Assembly: GCA_963662465.1 (NCBI GenBank)
Contig: OY759599.1
Span: 448,001-512,000, forward strand
Source of the DNA: Desulfatiglandales bacterium
GTDB lineage: Bacteria > Desulfobacterota > DSM-4660 > Desulfatiglandales > Desulfatiglandaceae
Length of the DNA stretch: 64,000 bases
Direction: 5' to 3'
The notes below the pieces were generated by a model that saw only the letters and a program-made list of their open reading frames with translations, did not search any database and was not told where the DNA came from. Each line of letters starts with the position of its first letter. The stretch's first letter is position 1. The translations under genes were made by a program, and so were the position numbers. This document shows, one piece after another, positions 19,663 through 29,981 of the stretch.

Positions 19663-20979
19663 TCAGCTTCCCATGTCCAGATGACCGCTGTTGATGCTGA
19701 GGCTCCGTCCCGGGCCCATGGGCGAGAAATGGCTGATGGGCGGCAAGCCGTATTTCTTCCAGGTTTCATACCAGGCGATATCCACTTCTATATAATAGTC
19801 CAGCGGGATGGGGGGCTGGTCGTAACGGCCCAATACGGAATTGGGCTCGATGACCCAGCTTGAACTGCGGGGGGTTACGCCGCGGCTCATAAGGAATTCC
19901 CAGCACTCCTTCATTGATTTTACGCCGTCTTCCCATTTTTCGAACCCCCAGGGTTTTGAGAGTTCGCAGCCGGTGACGAGCGTCGGAACCACATTGCCTT
20001 CCCCGAATACGTCCACCGAGTCGCAAACCCGCTTGATCCATTCATCCCGGCCGATTTTGGCATCCTTGCCCGGGCAGAATTTTTGAAACAGGTTTTTATC
20101 CCATACTTCAATATTGGCGTGATGACAATTCACGCCCGCATCTTTTAAAACTTGGCATTCCGGTTTTGTCAAGGCTGTTGTCTGTTGATGAATTCCCCAT
20201 CGATGCCCAATCTTTTCTCGGACCGCGCGGATATAAGAGGCATAGAACTCGACGTTTTTCGCATCTTTTAACTGCAAGCTCTCTCGATAGATGGATCCTC
20301 CGGTAAACAGGATGTTGTGATTGATCTCTTCCCGTTCCTTGTTGAAAATGGTGTCGAGGACCGTCACCACGTCTTCGATGCTTTTGTGCACCATAAAGGG
20401 CCTTCCGGTTTTGGACTGTTTCCGGGCATTCGTATTGATGTCGCAGAAAACGCATTCTTCCTTTTCACCCCAGTATTGGCAGCTTCTGAGAATGGTGCAG
20501 AAGGTGAGATATCCCCAGAAAACGGATGCCGCCACATCCGAATACGGCGTTCCGTCCGGAAGCTTGTGCCGGTAGTAGGGGGGTTTGGGACGCAAAATGA
20601 CGTCCGCCAGATAATTGTCTTCCCATAAAAGTTGCAGCTTCTCATCGACAACATCAATTTTATAGGGTGTTTTCTCCGGTTGTTCAAGGCAACTTTTGTT
20701 GTTTGAAATTCTCAGGTTATAGGGACCCCCTTCGAATTTAAAGCATTCGGGGGCTTTCATGTACTCCTGTTTCTGCATATCATCCACATCCATGGCATCA
20801 TAGGAAAATAGATAATAGCTCTTGGTGGCGAATTTGGAGGATTCCTCAAGGGCCTTGGGCGTAAAGGATACCCCCAGGCGAAGAATATCTTCCTTGATGA
20901 TCACCTCTTTGTTGACGTCGCTGTATTTTTCAAAATAGCTGCCGAGATCGTACTTTTCGTAGGGCATCTTTCCGGGCAT
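19663..20979 (-). CDS. Radical SAM protein with atypical CX8CX2C motif
   Basis: CQYWGEKEECVFC, FTGG, ANIEVWD..F...CPGK. Confidence 0.8.
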   Translation of the reverse strand: MPGKMPYEKYDLGSYFEKYSDVNKEVIIKEDILRLGVSFTPKALEESSKFATKSYYLFSYDAMDVDDMQKQEYMKAPECFKFEGGPYNLRISNNKSCLEQPEKTPYKIDVVDEKLQLLWEDNYLADVILRPKPPYYRHKLPDGTPYSDVAASVFWGYLTFCTILRSCQYWGEKEECVFCDINTNARKQSKTGRPFMVHKSIEDVVTVLDTIFNKEREEINHNILFTGGSIYRESLQLKDAKNVEFYASYIRAVREKIGHRWGIHQQTTALTKPECQVLKDAGVNCHHANIEVWDKNLFQKFCPGKDAKIGRDEWIKRVCDSVDVFGEGNVVPTLVTGCELSKPWGFEKWEDGVKSMKECWEFLMSRGVTPRSSSWVIEPNSVLGRYDQPPIPLDYYIEVDIAWYETWKKYGLPPISHFSPMGPGRSLSINSGHLDMGS

Positions 20980-21066
20980 AATCTGACTCCTTCATAAAAA
21001 TGGTTTCTTAAAATTTTTCTTTTAGATATGAAACGAACATTCGATGGCATTTTGGATTTCTTTATA

Positions 21067-21082
21067 TTCAAGAGTCATGCCA
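21067..21082 (-). promoter_or_regulatory. sigma54 -24/-12 promoter of the catabolic operon
   Basis: Minus strand TGGCATG-ACTC-TTGAA ~90 bp upstream of the radical SAM gene; NtrC-type activator encoded divergently. Confidence 0.7.
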
Positions 21083-21180
21083 TCCGAACCAAAATCCATC
21101 CAAACGGTCAACCTGCTGTTTTCAAAGTTATTTCCTGAATAGGAATCTATTTGAAAGGATATGTTTGATTCAAAGCGCCG

Positions 21181-21206
21181 TGACAGTATGTCATTTTGTC
21201 ATGGCA
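21181..21206. promoter_or_regulatory. Candidate enhancer (UAS) for the sigma54 activator
   Basis: TGACAGTATGTCATTTTGTCATGGCA inverted TGACA/TGTCA boxes ~100 bp upstream of the promoter. Confidence 0.4.
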
Positions 21207-21344
21207 TTTTTCGGAGATTTTCTGGAAGGTGAGATAAATTTGGCCTTGATCATTTTTCCCGGCATATAACTTGCTTTTTGAGTTTTGGTGAAGTTCAATG
21301 GAAGAGAGGTCAAACCCTATTCGCGCTGTTTTATGATAAACGCT

Positions 21345-21434
21345 CATGACAAGGGGATTTGCCACCTCCGCGGATGAAAATGACATCTGCCGCTTTTAAG
21401 CTAACAGCTAACAGCTAATGGCTGTATTTTCATG
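21345..21434 (+). repeat. Dispersed ~90-bp repeat with GCTAACA heptamers (copy A)
   Basis: Reverse-complement match to 44699-44794; internal ATGAAAAT...ATTTTCATG inverted repeat. Confidence 0.75.
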
Positions 21435-23681
21435 ATAAAGGAACGCAAAATGGAAAAAATGATCCCAACCCCTCCCAAGGATATTATGATCTCCCTGGAA
21501 GGGATGCCCGGTCCCGCGCTGGGCTGCATTATGGTGGATAGCCGCATGAAAATGCTGTGGAACAGGGCTTTTACAGCGAACTGGCCGGAATTTCGACCGG
21601 GAATAGTGTACTGCCATGAAATTTTCGGCAGGAAAACCCCATGTGATAATTGTGCCGCCGCCAGTGCTTTTTCCACCGGTCGGCCGGCCAGTTGTGAGCA
21701 GGAATTCATATACGAGGATGGCAAGAAAATCTATTTTCAGATTGTGGCATCTCCCATAACAGGAGAAAATGGGAAGATCAATCACTGCATTGAAATTTTG
21801 CAGGATATTACTTCCCGAAAAAAGATTGAGGAAAAATATAAAAAAATAAGCGATTTTAACTACAGCATCATTTACAATGCCCCCGTAGGCATTTTTACCC
21901 TCAACAAAAAAGGGATTATTATCAGCACCAACCCGGCCCATGTAAAAATCGCGGGGAATCCCGCGGTTGACAGGCTCATGGGGTTTGACTGGCTCCATTG
22001 TCCGGCGGTTCAGCAATCGGGTCTTGATGTTTATCTGAAAAAAGGACTCGCGGGGCAAAGCTTCGAAGTCATTGATTTTCCATTTCGGGCGGATATTACC
22101 GGAAAGGAACTCTGCATGAATTTGAAAGGGGTCCCTTTAAAAAATAAGAGCAATGAAATAGAAGGGCTTTTGTGCATCCTCGACGAAACCACTGAGAAAG
22201 CCATATATTTAAGAGAGATAGAGCATCTTAAGCAGTACAATGAAAATATTATACAGTCCATCAAAAACGGCATCATGGTGGTTGACAAAAATCTTCGCGT
22301 TCTCACATGGAACAAAGGCATGGAGGCCATCTTCAAACTTCCGTCGTCCCAGGTGCTGAATCTGCCCCTGAAAAAATGTTTGGCGAAAATGAATTTGACG
22401 AGAGCCGGGGAAGACGTGCAAAAACTTCTTGAGACGGGCAAATCGCGGCATGTGGAAAAAATCAGTCTTTTCCAGGAACAAAGAGGTATTATTTCAATCA
22501 GCTACCGGATTATGCCCCTTTATGACCATGAGCGGTCCCAGTCGGGGGTGATCCTGGTTTTCGAGGACATTACCCAACGGGAAGAATACGAGATCAAATA
22601 CCAGGCGTTGTTCGATGGCGCCATAGACGCCATTGCCGTTACGGATCTTGGGGGCGCTTTTATCTCCGTCAACCCCAAAACACTGGCGTTGCTGGGTACG
22701 GAATGGAAAGATCTGATGGAAAAAAATATTTTTCACGTCATTTGTCGTGAGGACATGGAAATCCTCAAGCAATGTATGGAAAAGCTTCGCGAAACGGTTT
22801 CCGAGCAGCCCTATCAGGTTCGTTTGAAAAGCAGGGAAGGGGAGATTATTCCCGTAGAAACCACCGTGTCCATTGTATATACAGGGGATCAGGCGGTGGC
22901 TTTGCAATTCATTATGCGGGATATCCGACAGCGCGTGAAACTGGAAGCCCAGCTTCAGCAGGCAAGCAAGCTCTCCGGACTGGGGGAGCTGGCCGCGGGC
23001 GTGGCCCATGAGATCAATAATCCCTTGGCAACTATTGCGGGATGTTCGGAAGAGGTTCTGGACCTTTTGTCTGAATGCGAAAAAGGGGGCTTTCCGGAAG
23101 GGGAAGATCGGGAAGAACTGGGTGATCTCTTGCGGATCATAAAAGAGCAATCCTATCGCTGCAAGGAAATCACGCGCAGTCTCCTGGATTTCGCCCGCGT
23201 CAATGAGCCGACTTTGGTGGACGTCAACATTAACGAAATGATCCTGCATGTACTTTCCATTTCAGGCTATGGCAGGGAAGAAACGAGAAAAAGACTGACC
23301 CTGGTATTTGATTCCGCGCTGCCAATCATCAAAACGGATTATTTCCAGATTCAGCAGGTTTTTCTCAACATTCTGAAAAACGCCTTGGACGCCACGGAAG
23401 AAAGAGGACAGGTTTCGGTCCGGACCCAGGGGGGGCGAAATCTTGTATCCATCATTGTCACGGATACGGGCGTCGGCATGACCCCTGATGAACAGTCGAG
23501 AATGTTTGACCCGTTTTTTACAACCAAAGCCCCTGACCGGGGGACCGGACTGGGGTTGTCCATCTGCTTTCGAATTGTCGAACAATTAGGCGGGCAAATA
23601 GAAGTGAAGAGTCGCAAGAGCTTCGGCACTACCTTTAAAACGAATTTCCCCAACAATCCGGGGGATCGGGCAGTGTTTTGA
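21432..23681 (+). CDS. Cytoplasmic multi-PAS sensor histidine kinase
   Basis: PAS repeats, H-box AGVAHEINNPL, N/G1/F/G2 boxes (KNALDA, DTGVG, DPFFTTK, GTGLGL). Confidence 0.93.
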   Translation: MIKERKMEKMIPTPPKDIMISLEGMPGPALGCIMVDSRMKMLWNRAFTANWPEFRPGIVYCHEIFGRKTPCDNCAAASAFSTGRPASCEQEFIYEDGKKIYFQIVASPITGENGKINHCIEILQDITSRKKIEEKYKKISDFNYSIIYNAPVGIFTLNKKGIIISTNPAHVKIAGNPAVDRLMGFDWLHCPAVQQSGLDVYLKKGLAGQSFEVIDFPFRADITGKELCMNLKGVPLKNKSNEIEGLLCILDETTEKAIYLREIEHLKQYNENIIQSIKNGIMVVDKNLRVLTWNKGMEAIFKLPSSQVLNLPLKKCLAKMNLTRAGEDVQKLLETGKSRHVEKISLFQEQRGIISISYRIMPLYDHERSQSGVILVFEDITQREEYEIKYQALFDGAIDAIAVTDLGGAFISVNPKTLALLGTEWKDLMEKNIFHVICREDMEILKQCMEKLRETVSEQPYQVRLKSREGEIIPVETTVSIVYTGDQAVALQFIMRDIRQRVKLEAQLQQASKLSGLGELAAGVAHEINNPLATIAGCSEEVLDLLSECEKGGFPEGEDREELGDLLRIIKEQSYRCKEITRSLLDFARVNEPTLVDVNINEMILHVLSISGYGREETRKRLTLVFDSALPIIKTDYFQIQQVFLNILKNALDATEERGQVSVRTQGGRNLVSIIVTDTGVGMTPDEQSRMFDPFFTTKAPDRGTGLGLSICFRIVEQLGGQIEVKSRKSFGTTFKTNFPNNPGDRAVF

Positions 23682-25078
23682 AAGAAATAAAAAAACCGAA
23701 TGATGGAACGCTGAAGATGGAAAAAATGAAAAGCAACAGTGTGGAAAAAAAAGTGCTGATTGTCGATGATGAATCTCCCCTGCGGGAGCTTTACACCCGA
23801 CGTTTGAGACGTAAGGGGTATGCGGTTAAGGGGGTTCCCAGTGCTGAGACAGGTTTGAGCGTGCTGGAATCGGAAATATTCCATGTGGCATTGGTGGATA
23901 TCAAGATGCCCGGCATGAACGGCATCGAATTTCTCGAATTGGTACAGAAACGCTACCCCATGCTGGTGGTGATCATGATGACCGCCTATGGCAGCATTGA
24001 ATCAGCCGTCAGCGCCATGAAGCTTGGCGCATATGACTATCTGACGAAACCGTGCAGCCTTCCGGAGCTGGAACTGATCGTTGAAAAAGGGATCGAGAAA
24101 AGCAGGCTCCAGAATGAAAACCTGCTCCTGAAACAGGAGCTGAGATCCAAAGACCCCTATGATCGGTTGGTTTTTGCATCCGCTTCAATGGAAAAGATCA
24201 TGAATGATGTCGCCAAAGTCGCCCCCACCAACAGCCCCGTGGTGATCGAGGGGGAAAGCGGCACCGGCAAGGAACTGGTGGCCAACAGCATCCATAAACA
24301 GAGTCATTGCCGGGAGGGGTCCTTCATTGCCATCAACTGCGCCAATTTGCAGGAACATCTTTTGGAAAACGATCTTTTCGGTCATGAAAAGGGGGCTTAT
24401 ACCGGTGCGGAAAATCAAAAAAGAGGCCTGGTGGAGCTTGCGGACCAGGGAACGCTTTTTATTGATGAAATCGGAGAGATGCCCAAACCCGCTCAGTCCA
24501 AGCTGTTGCGGGTTCTGGAAAACGGGACATTCCGCCGTATCGGCGGGAACAATGAAATCAAGGCAAAGGTCAGAATCATTGCCGCCACCAATCGAAATTT
24601 GGAGGAAGAAGTCGCCAAACGAAATTTCAGAGATGATCTCTATTTTCGTCTGAATGTGGTCCGGCTGACCCTTCCGCCGCTGCGCGTGCGCGGAAATGAT
24701 ATCCTTTTGCTGGCGGATTTTTTTCTGGAAAAGAAAAACAATCTGTTGAACCGGTCCAAAAAATTCGGCCCCGGCGTGAGAGATTTGTTCAAGGGATACG
24801 GCTGGCCCGGAAATGTGAGGGAGCTGGCCAATATTGTGGAACGGGCCGTGATCCTTTCTTCGGGAGACTTTATAATGCCTGCCGATATTCCCATTAATAA
24901 GGGGAACCATGATAAATTTCAGGCACTTCCCTTAAGGCAGGTGGAGCAGGATTACATCGAAAAGGTGTTACGGAAGACAAACGGCAACAAAACGCAGGCA
25001 GCGGAAATGCTCGGCATCAGCCTGCGGAATCTGTACCGTAAACTGGACCTTTATAAGGCGTCTATTGACGTTTGCTAA
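23678..25078 (+). CDS. sigma54-dependent NtrC-family response regulator
   Basis: REC domain, GESGTGKE, LFGHEKGAYTGA, FRDDLYFRL, WPGNVREL, Fis-type HTH. Confidence 0.95.
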   Translation: MKEIKKPNDGTLKMEKMKSNSVEKKVLIVDDESPLRELYTRRLRRKGYAVKGVPSAETGLSVLESEIFHVALVDIKMPGMNGIEFLELVQKRYPMLVVIMMTAYGSIESAVSAMKLGAYDYLTKPCSLPELELIVEKGIEKSRLQNENLLLKQELRSKDPYDRLVFASASMEKIMNDVAKVAPTNSPVVIEGESGTGKELVANSIHKQSHCREGSFIAINCANLQEHLLENDLFGHEKGAYTGAENQKRGLVELADQGTLFIDEIGEMPKPAQSKLLRVLENGTFRRIGGNNEIKAKVRIIAATNRNLEEEVAKRNFRDDLYFRLNVVRLTLPPLRVRGNDILLLADFFLEKKNNLLNRSKKFGPGVRDLFKGYGWPGNVRELANIVERAVILSSGDFIMPADIPINKGNHDKFQALPLRQVEQDYIEKVLRKTNGNKTQAAEMLGISLRNLYRKLDLYKASIDVC

Positions 25079-25589
25079 TGGTTGCCACGGCTGCCGCCAC
25101 GAGCAAGGCGCCCACCAAGTTGAGAAAGGAGAAAATCAGGGAAAAGCGCCAACCAAAATAACCGATCATCAGGGGAAGAAGCACCGGTTTGACGGCACGG
25201 CTGGATAAAAAATTGGCCAGGTGAAAGTTCGATGCGCCCTTTTCCCGAATGGCCGCCAAAAACGGCATCCATGCCACCACCGGCCCCATGGAAAGGATCC
25301 CGGCAACCGACGAAAAAAAGATCCCCTTAACGCCGGCCCGGCTGCCAAGATAGCGCGTCACCCGGGAAGGCGAAATGGTCCAATTCAGGACGACCATCAT
25401 TACAAAGGCCAGGAAAAGCGGCAGGATCATCTGTTTGAAAACATGCCCGCTCTCCATTATGGCGTGGATGGTTTGATCCGGCGCCACCGAATAAATCACC
25501 ACGTAAACCCCCATCATGCCAATGGGAAAAAGCCATGGCCATGTTTTCCTCTTGGTCTTTGATTTTGCACCATGCCCGGTTGTTTTCAT
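25062..25589 (-). CDS. Permease-like membrane protein
   Basis: Hydrophobic; AGILSMGP motif; coupled to upstream gene. Confidence 0.7.
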   Translation of the reverse strand: MKTTGHGAKSKTKRKTWPWLFPIGMMGVYVVIYSVAPDQTIHAIMESGHVFKQMILPLFLAFVMMVVLNWTISPSRVTRYLGSRAGVKGIFFSSVAGILSMGPVVAWMPFLAAIREKGASNFHLANFLSSRAVKPVLLPLMIGYFGWRFSLIFSFLNLVGALLVAAAVATISKRQ

Positions 25590-26383
25590 AACAGGCTGCC
25601 TCCAGTCAAGACCACAGTCAGAATCGAGACAACAATGGTCATGAAAAAAGCGGCGATGGCCCGGGTAACCGCAAACTGCGTTCCAAGGGCTGATATTTCA
25701 GCGGGAAGTTGCAGCAACCCCACGTTTACCCAAGACAGCATCAAGGCCGCCGCACCAAATAAACTAACCCCCATCTTGAGCAAGGTATCACCGATCACAT
25801 AGCTGTTTACCGGATTTCCTGACAGGAGGCTCCCGATACATGCACCCAAAAAGGTATCCTGAATCATATTTCCTGAAAAAACCGACAAAAGCATGTCCTG
25901 GGATACGAATCCACGGAAAAGCCCCACCAACAAAATAACACCGACCAACACCGGGATAATGCTGAAAAACTGCCTGCCTGCCTTCCGGAAAGCCTCTCGC
26001 AACTGCGTCCGGGCATGCGAGGCCATGGGCACGTCGGATTGTTGAGGGGTCCCATTTATTTGCTGAAACGCACCTTGCCTGTAATTTTCAGCGGCAGCCA
26101 TTGCACTACCGCTAACCGAAGTGATCACTTCCATTCCGATTTTTTCTAGTGTCAAGGCAATATGGGGCGATAAAAATCCGGTTAAAATGGCCTTCACACC
26201 CATGTCCACGGCAATGGAAATCGTTTCGATACCCGCCCCAGGCCCGGCGGATGGCGGCGGTCCGGCTACAGCCTCAAAGGACATATCGTCCACGTCAACG
26301 ATCAGTAAATAGGGCGTTGTGCCAAGCCTGTTTGAAACGCCGGCGCCAAGATTCGGCCCAGTGGTGGTAATCGCGATTTTCAT
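25586..26383 (-). CDS. NifB/NifX-family domain fused to a permease domain
   Basis: MKIAITTTG...RLG.TPYLLIVD...GAGI N-terminus; membrane C-terminus with GNPVNSY. Confidence 0.75.
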   Translation of the reverse strand: MKIAITTTGPNLGAGVSNRLGTTPYLLIVDVDDMSFEAVAGPPPSAGPGAGIETISIAVDMGVKAILTGFLSPHIALTLEKIGMEVITSVSGSAMAAAENYRQGAFQQINGTPQQSDVPMASHARTQLREAFRKAGRQFFSIIPVLVGVILLVGLFRGFVSQDMLLSVFSGNMIQDTFLGACIGSLLSGNPVNSYVIGDTLLKMGVSLFGAAALMLSWVNVGLLQLPAEISALGTQFAVTRAIAAFFMTIVVSILTVVLTGGSLL

Positions 26384-26442
26384 TCTTGATCCATAGCCTG
26401 CATGATTTTGCTTCTACCTAAGTATTTCTGTTTTTGTTAAAT

Positions 26443-27999
26443 TCAATATCCGTTCTCACAATAAGTATTTTCCCCAGGTTTAATAAGCGTCGTCTCATCC
26501 AGTTGTGTGGTCGGCGTAGCGTATTTCGGCGAATTCAACGGAGAATAATTGTTTATGGGCGGGTCGAAGGTGTAATCAGAAACCTGACCCATCAACTGCG
26601 TAATGCCGGACTTCTTGACCCGCAGCACCATGAGATCGGTGGCCCAGACGATATCCTTGCCAAGGACAGGATAGTCACTCCGGGGGAAGTGGTTTTTTAC
26701 ACTCTGGAGGGCGCACTCCACGGTATCATCGGCAACGGGGAAATGGGCCAGGACAGACAGCTTGGGCTTTGGATCAATTTGGCTCAACAGGTAACCGAAT
26801 GATCCCTGCGGCGTATGGGAACTTTCTTCTACATCTGAACACATCGCTACGGCATTGTCAAAAGCCGGGTTTGTTCCCGGCGGCGGGGGGTATGACAGAC
26901 CGAGGTTTTTCATGGTCAAAAGCTCCGGTGGCAGAATCATCTCATGGATGAATACGTCGACCCCGCGCGGAATTCCGGTGTTTGGATCCGGGTTCTTCGC
27001 TTGAGCGATGCAATTGGTTTCAGGCCTTGTGTCACTGGTGTAAATCATGGTCAGGCCGTTCCACTCAAGTTTGTACCCTATGGAACCCTGGCGGCAGTGT
27101 ATGACCGGGAAGTGCGTGATTTTAACGCCGGTTGTGGGATTATCATAGGCAACGCCCCCTACTTTTCGCCAGGGTAATTCGATGGGCACCAGGGCGAAAC
27201 CGTCGTTAGCCGCGTCGGTCCCGACGGGAACGGGATCATGAGGCAGCCCCCAGTCGGTTTTGGAGGGCGCCGGGTAGTTGGCCCAGCCTGTCTGAAGAAA
27301 GCTGAAGCTTTCGGTGTGCCAGCGCATTGCCTCCCGGAAATGCTCACAAAACGCCATTACGCCGTCGTCATAGAATTCTGGCGGCGCCATTGGGTTGGGG
27401 ACTTCCGAGGGACTGTGGGAGAAAACATACAACGGAAACTTGCGGTCAATCGAAGGCCCGAAGCAGTAAAGTGAAGGTAAATCGCCCATGTGGTCGCCAT
27501 GAAGGTGCGAAATGAAGACCTTGTTCATTCGGCTCGGACTGATGCCCAGTGCATTGTAGTTGGTGATGGAGCCGGGGCCGATGTCGAAAACGAATGAGTC
27601 TGTGGCATGCCCAAACCCGCCGCCCTCGTTTTCAACCCACGGACCGATTTCCACGAAAATACTCATCATCTCCTGTGCCCTGCGGGTGGGTGGGAAAGCG
27701 GACCCTAGGAATGTAATCCGCATTTCATCATCATCCAGATCCGTTTGCATTTCGGGTGTATATATGGCGCCGCTGGAAATCAAGTCAGCGGCGTAACCGT
27801 AGGCTGCCGTTGGAATGTCGTTCGGGTATCCACAAGCGTTATCGGGGCATACCATTCCTGCTTTTGCGGGCGTGTCTCCACTGCAGCCGACAACAAATCG
27901 TCCAAGTGCCAGGCCGCCCAAACCCATTCCCGTTGTCTTTAACCATTGACGCCGCGTAATCCCCCTCCAACCCGTTGTTTTGATAAGCTGCTGTAGCAT
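26443..27999 (-). CDS. Tat-exported MBL-fold metallohydrolase (RNase Z/arylsulfatase-like)
   Basis: TRRQWLK twin-arginine signal, ITFLGS, FDIGPG, HLHGDH, TSDTRP, SHT. Confidence 0.8.
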   Translation of the reverse strand: MLQQLIKTTGWRGITRRQWLKTTGMGLGGLALGRFVVGCSGDTPAKAGMVCPDNACGYPNDIPTAAYGYAADLISSGAIYTPEMQTDLDDDEMRITFLGSAFPPTRRAQEMMSIFVEIGPWVENEGGGFGHATDSFVFDIGPGSITNYNALGISPSRMNKVFISHLHGDHMGDLPSLYCFGPSIDRKFPLYVFSHSPSEVPNPMAPPEFYDDGVMAFCEHFREAMRWHTESFSFLQTGWANYPAPSKTDWGLPHDPVPVGTDAANDGFALVPIELPWRKVGGVAYDNPTTGVKITHFPVIHCRQGSIGYKLEWNGLTMIYTSDTRPETNCIAQAKNPDPNTGIPRGVDVFIHEMILPPELLTMKNLGLSYPPPPGTNPAFDNAVAMCSDVEESSHTPQGSFGYLLSQIDPKPKLSVLAHFPVADDTVECALQSVKNHFPRSDYPVLGKDIVWATDLMVLRVKKSGITQLMGQVSDYTFDPPINNYSPLNSPKYATPTTQLDETTLIKPGENTYCENGY

Positions 28000-28128
28000 G
28001 TTCGTCTCCTCTTATAAAGGGCAATTGTTGCCCACCAATACGGAGCCTGCCGATATGCATTCAGGCATATAGCAATAATTGATACAAGATTTTTAAACAC
28101 TTTCGAATTCCAGACTTCCTCCATTCGA

Positions 28129-28692
28129 CTATTCATTCGGGAGCCGGCAATGGGCGCCAACCTCTTTGCATATCCGCAGGATGCCATTTACTACATAATC
28201 GCTATCCTGCCTGGTATTCTTCCCCGAAGAGACCACCAGAATCTGGGCCACATTGTCCTGAACGCGCATCACCTTGAGGGTAATGGCTAGGCCGTTGTGT
28301 TTGAAAGAGAGGGTCCTGGACGCCTCATCTTTTGAGATGATCTGATTTTCGGACTTCTCGCGGATGATCCTTTCCGTTGCCGTGAAAACCTTGTTCGCAT
28401 CGGCCTCCAAAAGCACCGAAGCCGTCTCGTGCCCATGGAACTGATCGGTAATGTGAGAGATCAGGCCCAGTGCCTTTTTGGCTAAAAAGACCGCCTGACC
28501 CGGCGCTACCGACGGAAAAGCCAACAAAATGACCAACCCTGCCAGAAATCCCCTTGTCTTCATGAACATATCTGTTCCCTCCTTATCTGATGATATCGCC
28601 AATCTCCGTCTATGCTGATTGCTGAACGGCGCCATGCTTCCCGGAAAGCAAAAGCCAAAATGCGCCTCATCATAATGAGTTGAGACGGCCAT
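28129..28692 (-). CDS. Exported hypothetical protein
   Basis: Likely start MFMKTRG (~28569) with a signal-peptide-like N-terminus. Confidence 0.55.
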   Translation of the reverse strand: MAVSTHYDEAHFGFCFPGSMAPFSNQHRRRLAISSDKEGTDMFMKTRGFLAGLVILLAFPSVAPGQAVFLAKKALGLISHITDQFHGHETASVLLEADANKVFTATERIIREKSENQIISKDEASRTLSFKHNGLAITLKVMRVQDNVAQILVVSSGKNTRQDSDYVVNGILRICKEVGAHCRLPNE

Positions 28693-28809
28693 TTCAAGGG
28701 CTATCTGCCATTGCGATTGGTGGAAAACCTCATGTTCAGCCAGGATATTTTGATAAAGGTTAAGAATGTCGGCGGGCTAAAATCCCGGTGATATTTCTTG
28801 TTGAGGCGC

Positions 28810-29937
28810 TTACTTCGAACGAATTTCCCTGCCGTTTTTATATTCAGGATAGCGGTATCCCCCTTTCATAAAATCGACCAGTGGCGCCGCCAGTTCGCCA
28901 TATGAGTTGGGGCGTCGGTCCTTCAGGTAATTGTATGACGGTTCCGGATGGGTGGCGCCGTAGTATGCGGGGACGCAATCGGCGATCAACAGAGTGTCCT
29001 GCTCGTGGTTTGCAGCCACGATAATATCTCCGTGGGGGCCGCATACAATGCTGTTTCCCCGGTAATGCCACTGGTCCTTTCCCCTATGTTCATACCCGGC
29101 ACGGTTGGCATAGGCAAAGAAAATGTTGTTGGCATAGGCGTAGGCGGGGATCAGGAATTTTGAAATATCCGGGTAGGGTACGTCGCTTCGCTTGCCGTTG
29201 GTCATGGTATAGTAGTTGTCGGCGGCGGTGGGCCCCACGATCAGTTTGGCTCCTTTCAAGGCCAGTATTCGGGATAGTTCCGGGAATTCACATTCATAGC
29301 AGTTCAGCACGCCCACGGGAAACCCAAAAAGCCGGTGGACCTTGTAGTCACCAGTGCCAAAGGACCAGTTGTCCCGTTCTTGTTGTCCATAGAGATGGGT
29401 TTTCCGGTAGCTGTCCAGAAGCACCCCTTTTTCACTGATGATGGCGATGCTGTCATAGCAGCGGATGGCGCCGTCGGGCTGATCCACTTTTTCCGCGTAG
29501 GGAAGCAGAAGCGCCATCTGGTATTTTGCGGCAATGGCGCAACCCTTTGTAATGCTGGGGCCGTCTTTTCTTTCTGCGACCTTTTTTGCCATCTCCGGGC
29601 TCAGGGTATATCCGGGCACATAAAGTTCAGGAAAGGCGAGAAGTTGCACCTGAAATTTTTTGGCCTGAGCGACGGCGCTCTCAAGCCGGGCCATATTCTT
29701 GAGGCCGGCTCCTTCTCCACAGGCGCCCTGGGCCTGGTAGATGCCCAGGCGGATACCCCGGCCTGTTGCGGGAATGTTTTCGTAGATGGATATTTTATAC
29801 TGAAGCATCCGGTAACTTTGCATTACCGCTTCCCCATATTGGGGTGTTCCGTCACAGGTGGGATTGAGGGCTTCTCCGGAAAAGGCCGGGGTCATGTAAA
29901 ATGCCATAAACAGCATAAAAAGAATCATTCTGACCAT
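28810..29937 (-). CDS. Exported carbon-nitrogen hydrolase (nitrilase superfamily)
   Basis: Catalytic triad FPEL / YRKTHL / NCYECEFPE; N-terminal signal peptide. Confidence 0.88.
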   Translation of the reverse strand: MVRMILFMLFMAFYMTPAFSGEALNPTCDGTPQYGEAVMQSYRMLQYKISIYENIPATGRGIRLGIYQAQGACGEGAGLKNMARLESAVAQAKKFQVQLLAFPELYVPGYTLSPEMAKKVAERKDGPSITKGCAIAAKYQMALLLPYAEKVDQPDGAIRCYDSIAIISEKGVLLDSYRKTHLYGQQERDNWSFGTGDYKVHRLFGFPVGVLNCYECEFPELSRILALKGAKLIVGPTAADNYYTMTNGKRSDVPYPDISKFLIPAYAYANNIFFAYANRAGYEHRGKDQWHYRGNSIVCGPHGDIIVAANHEQDTLLIADCVPAYYGATHPEPSYNYLKDRRPNSYGELAAPLVDFMKGGYRYPEYKNGREIRSK

Positions 29938-29981
29938 GATGGGTTCCCTCCGTTTTCAATGAAATGTCATATATCGGTTGA

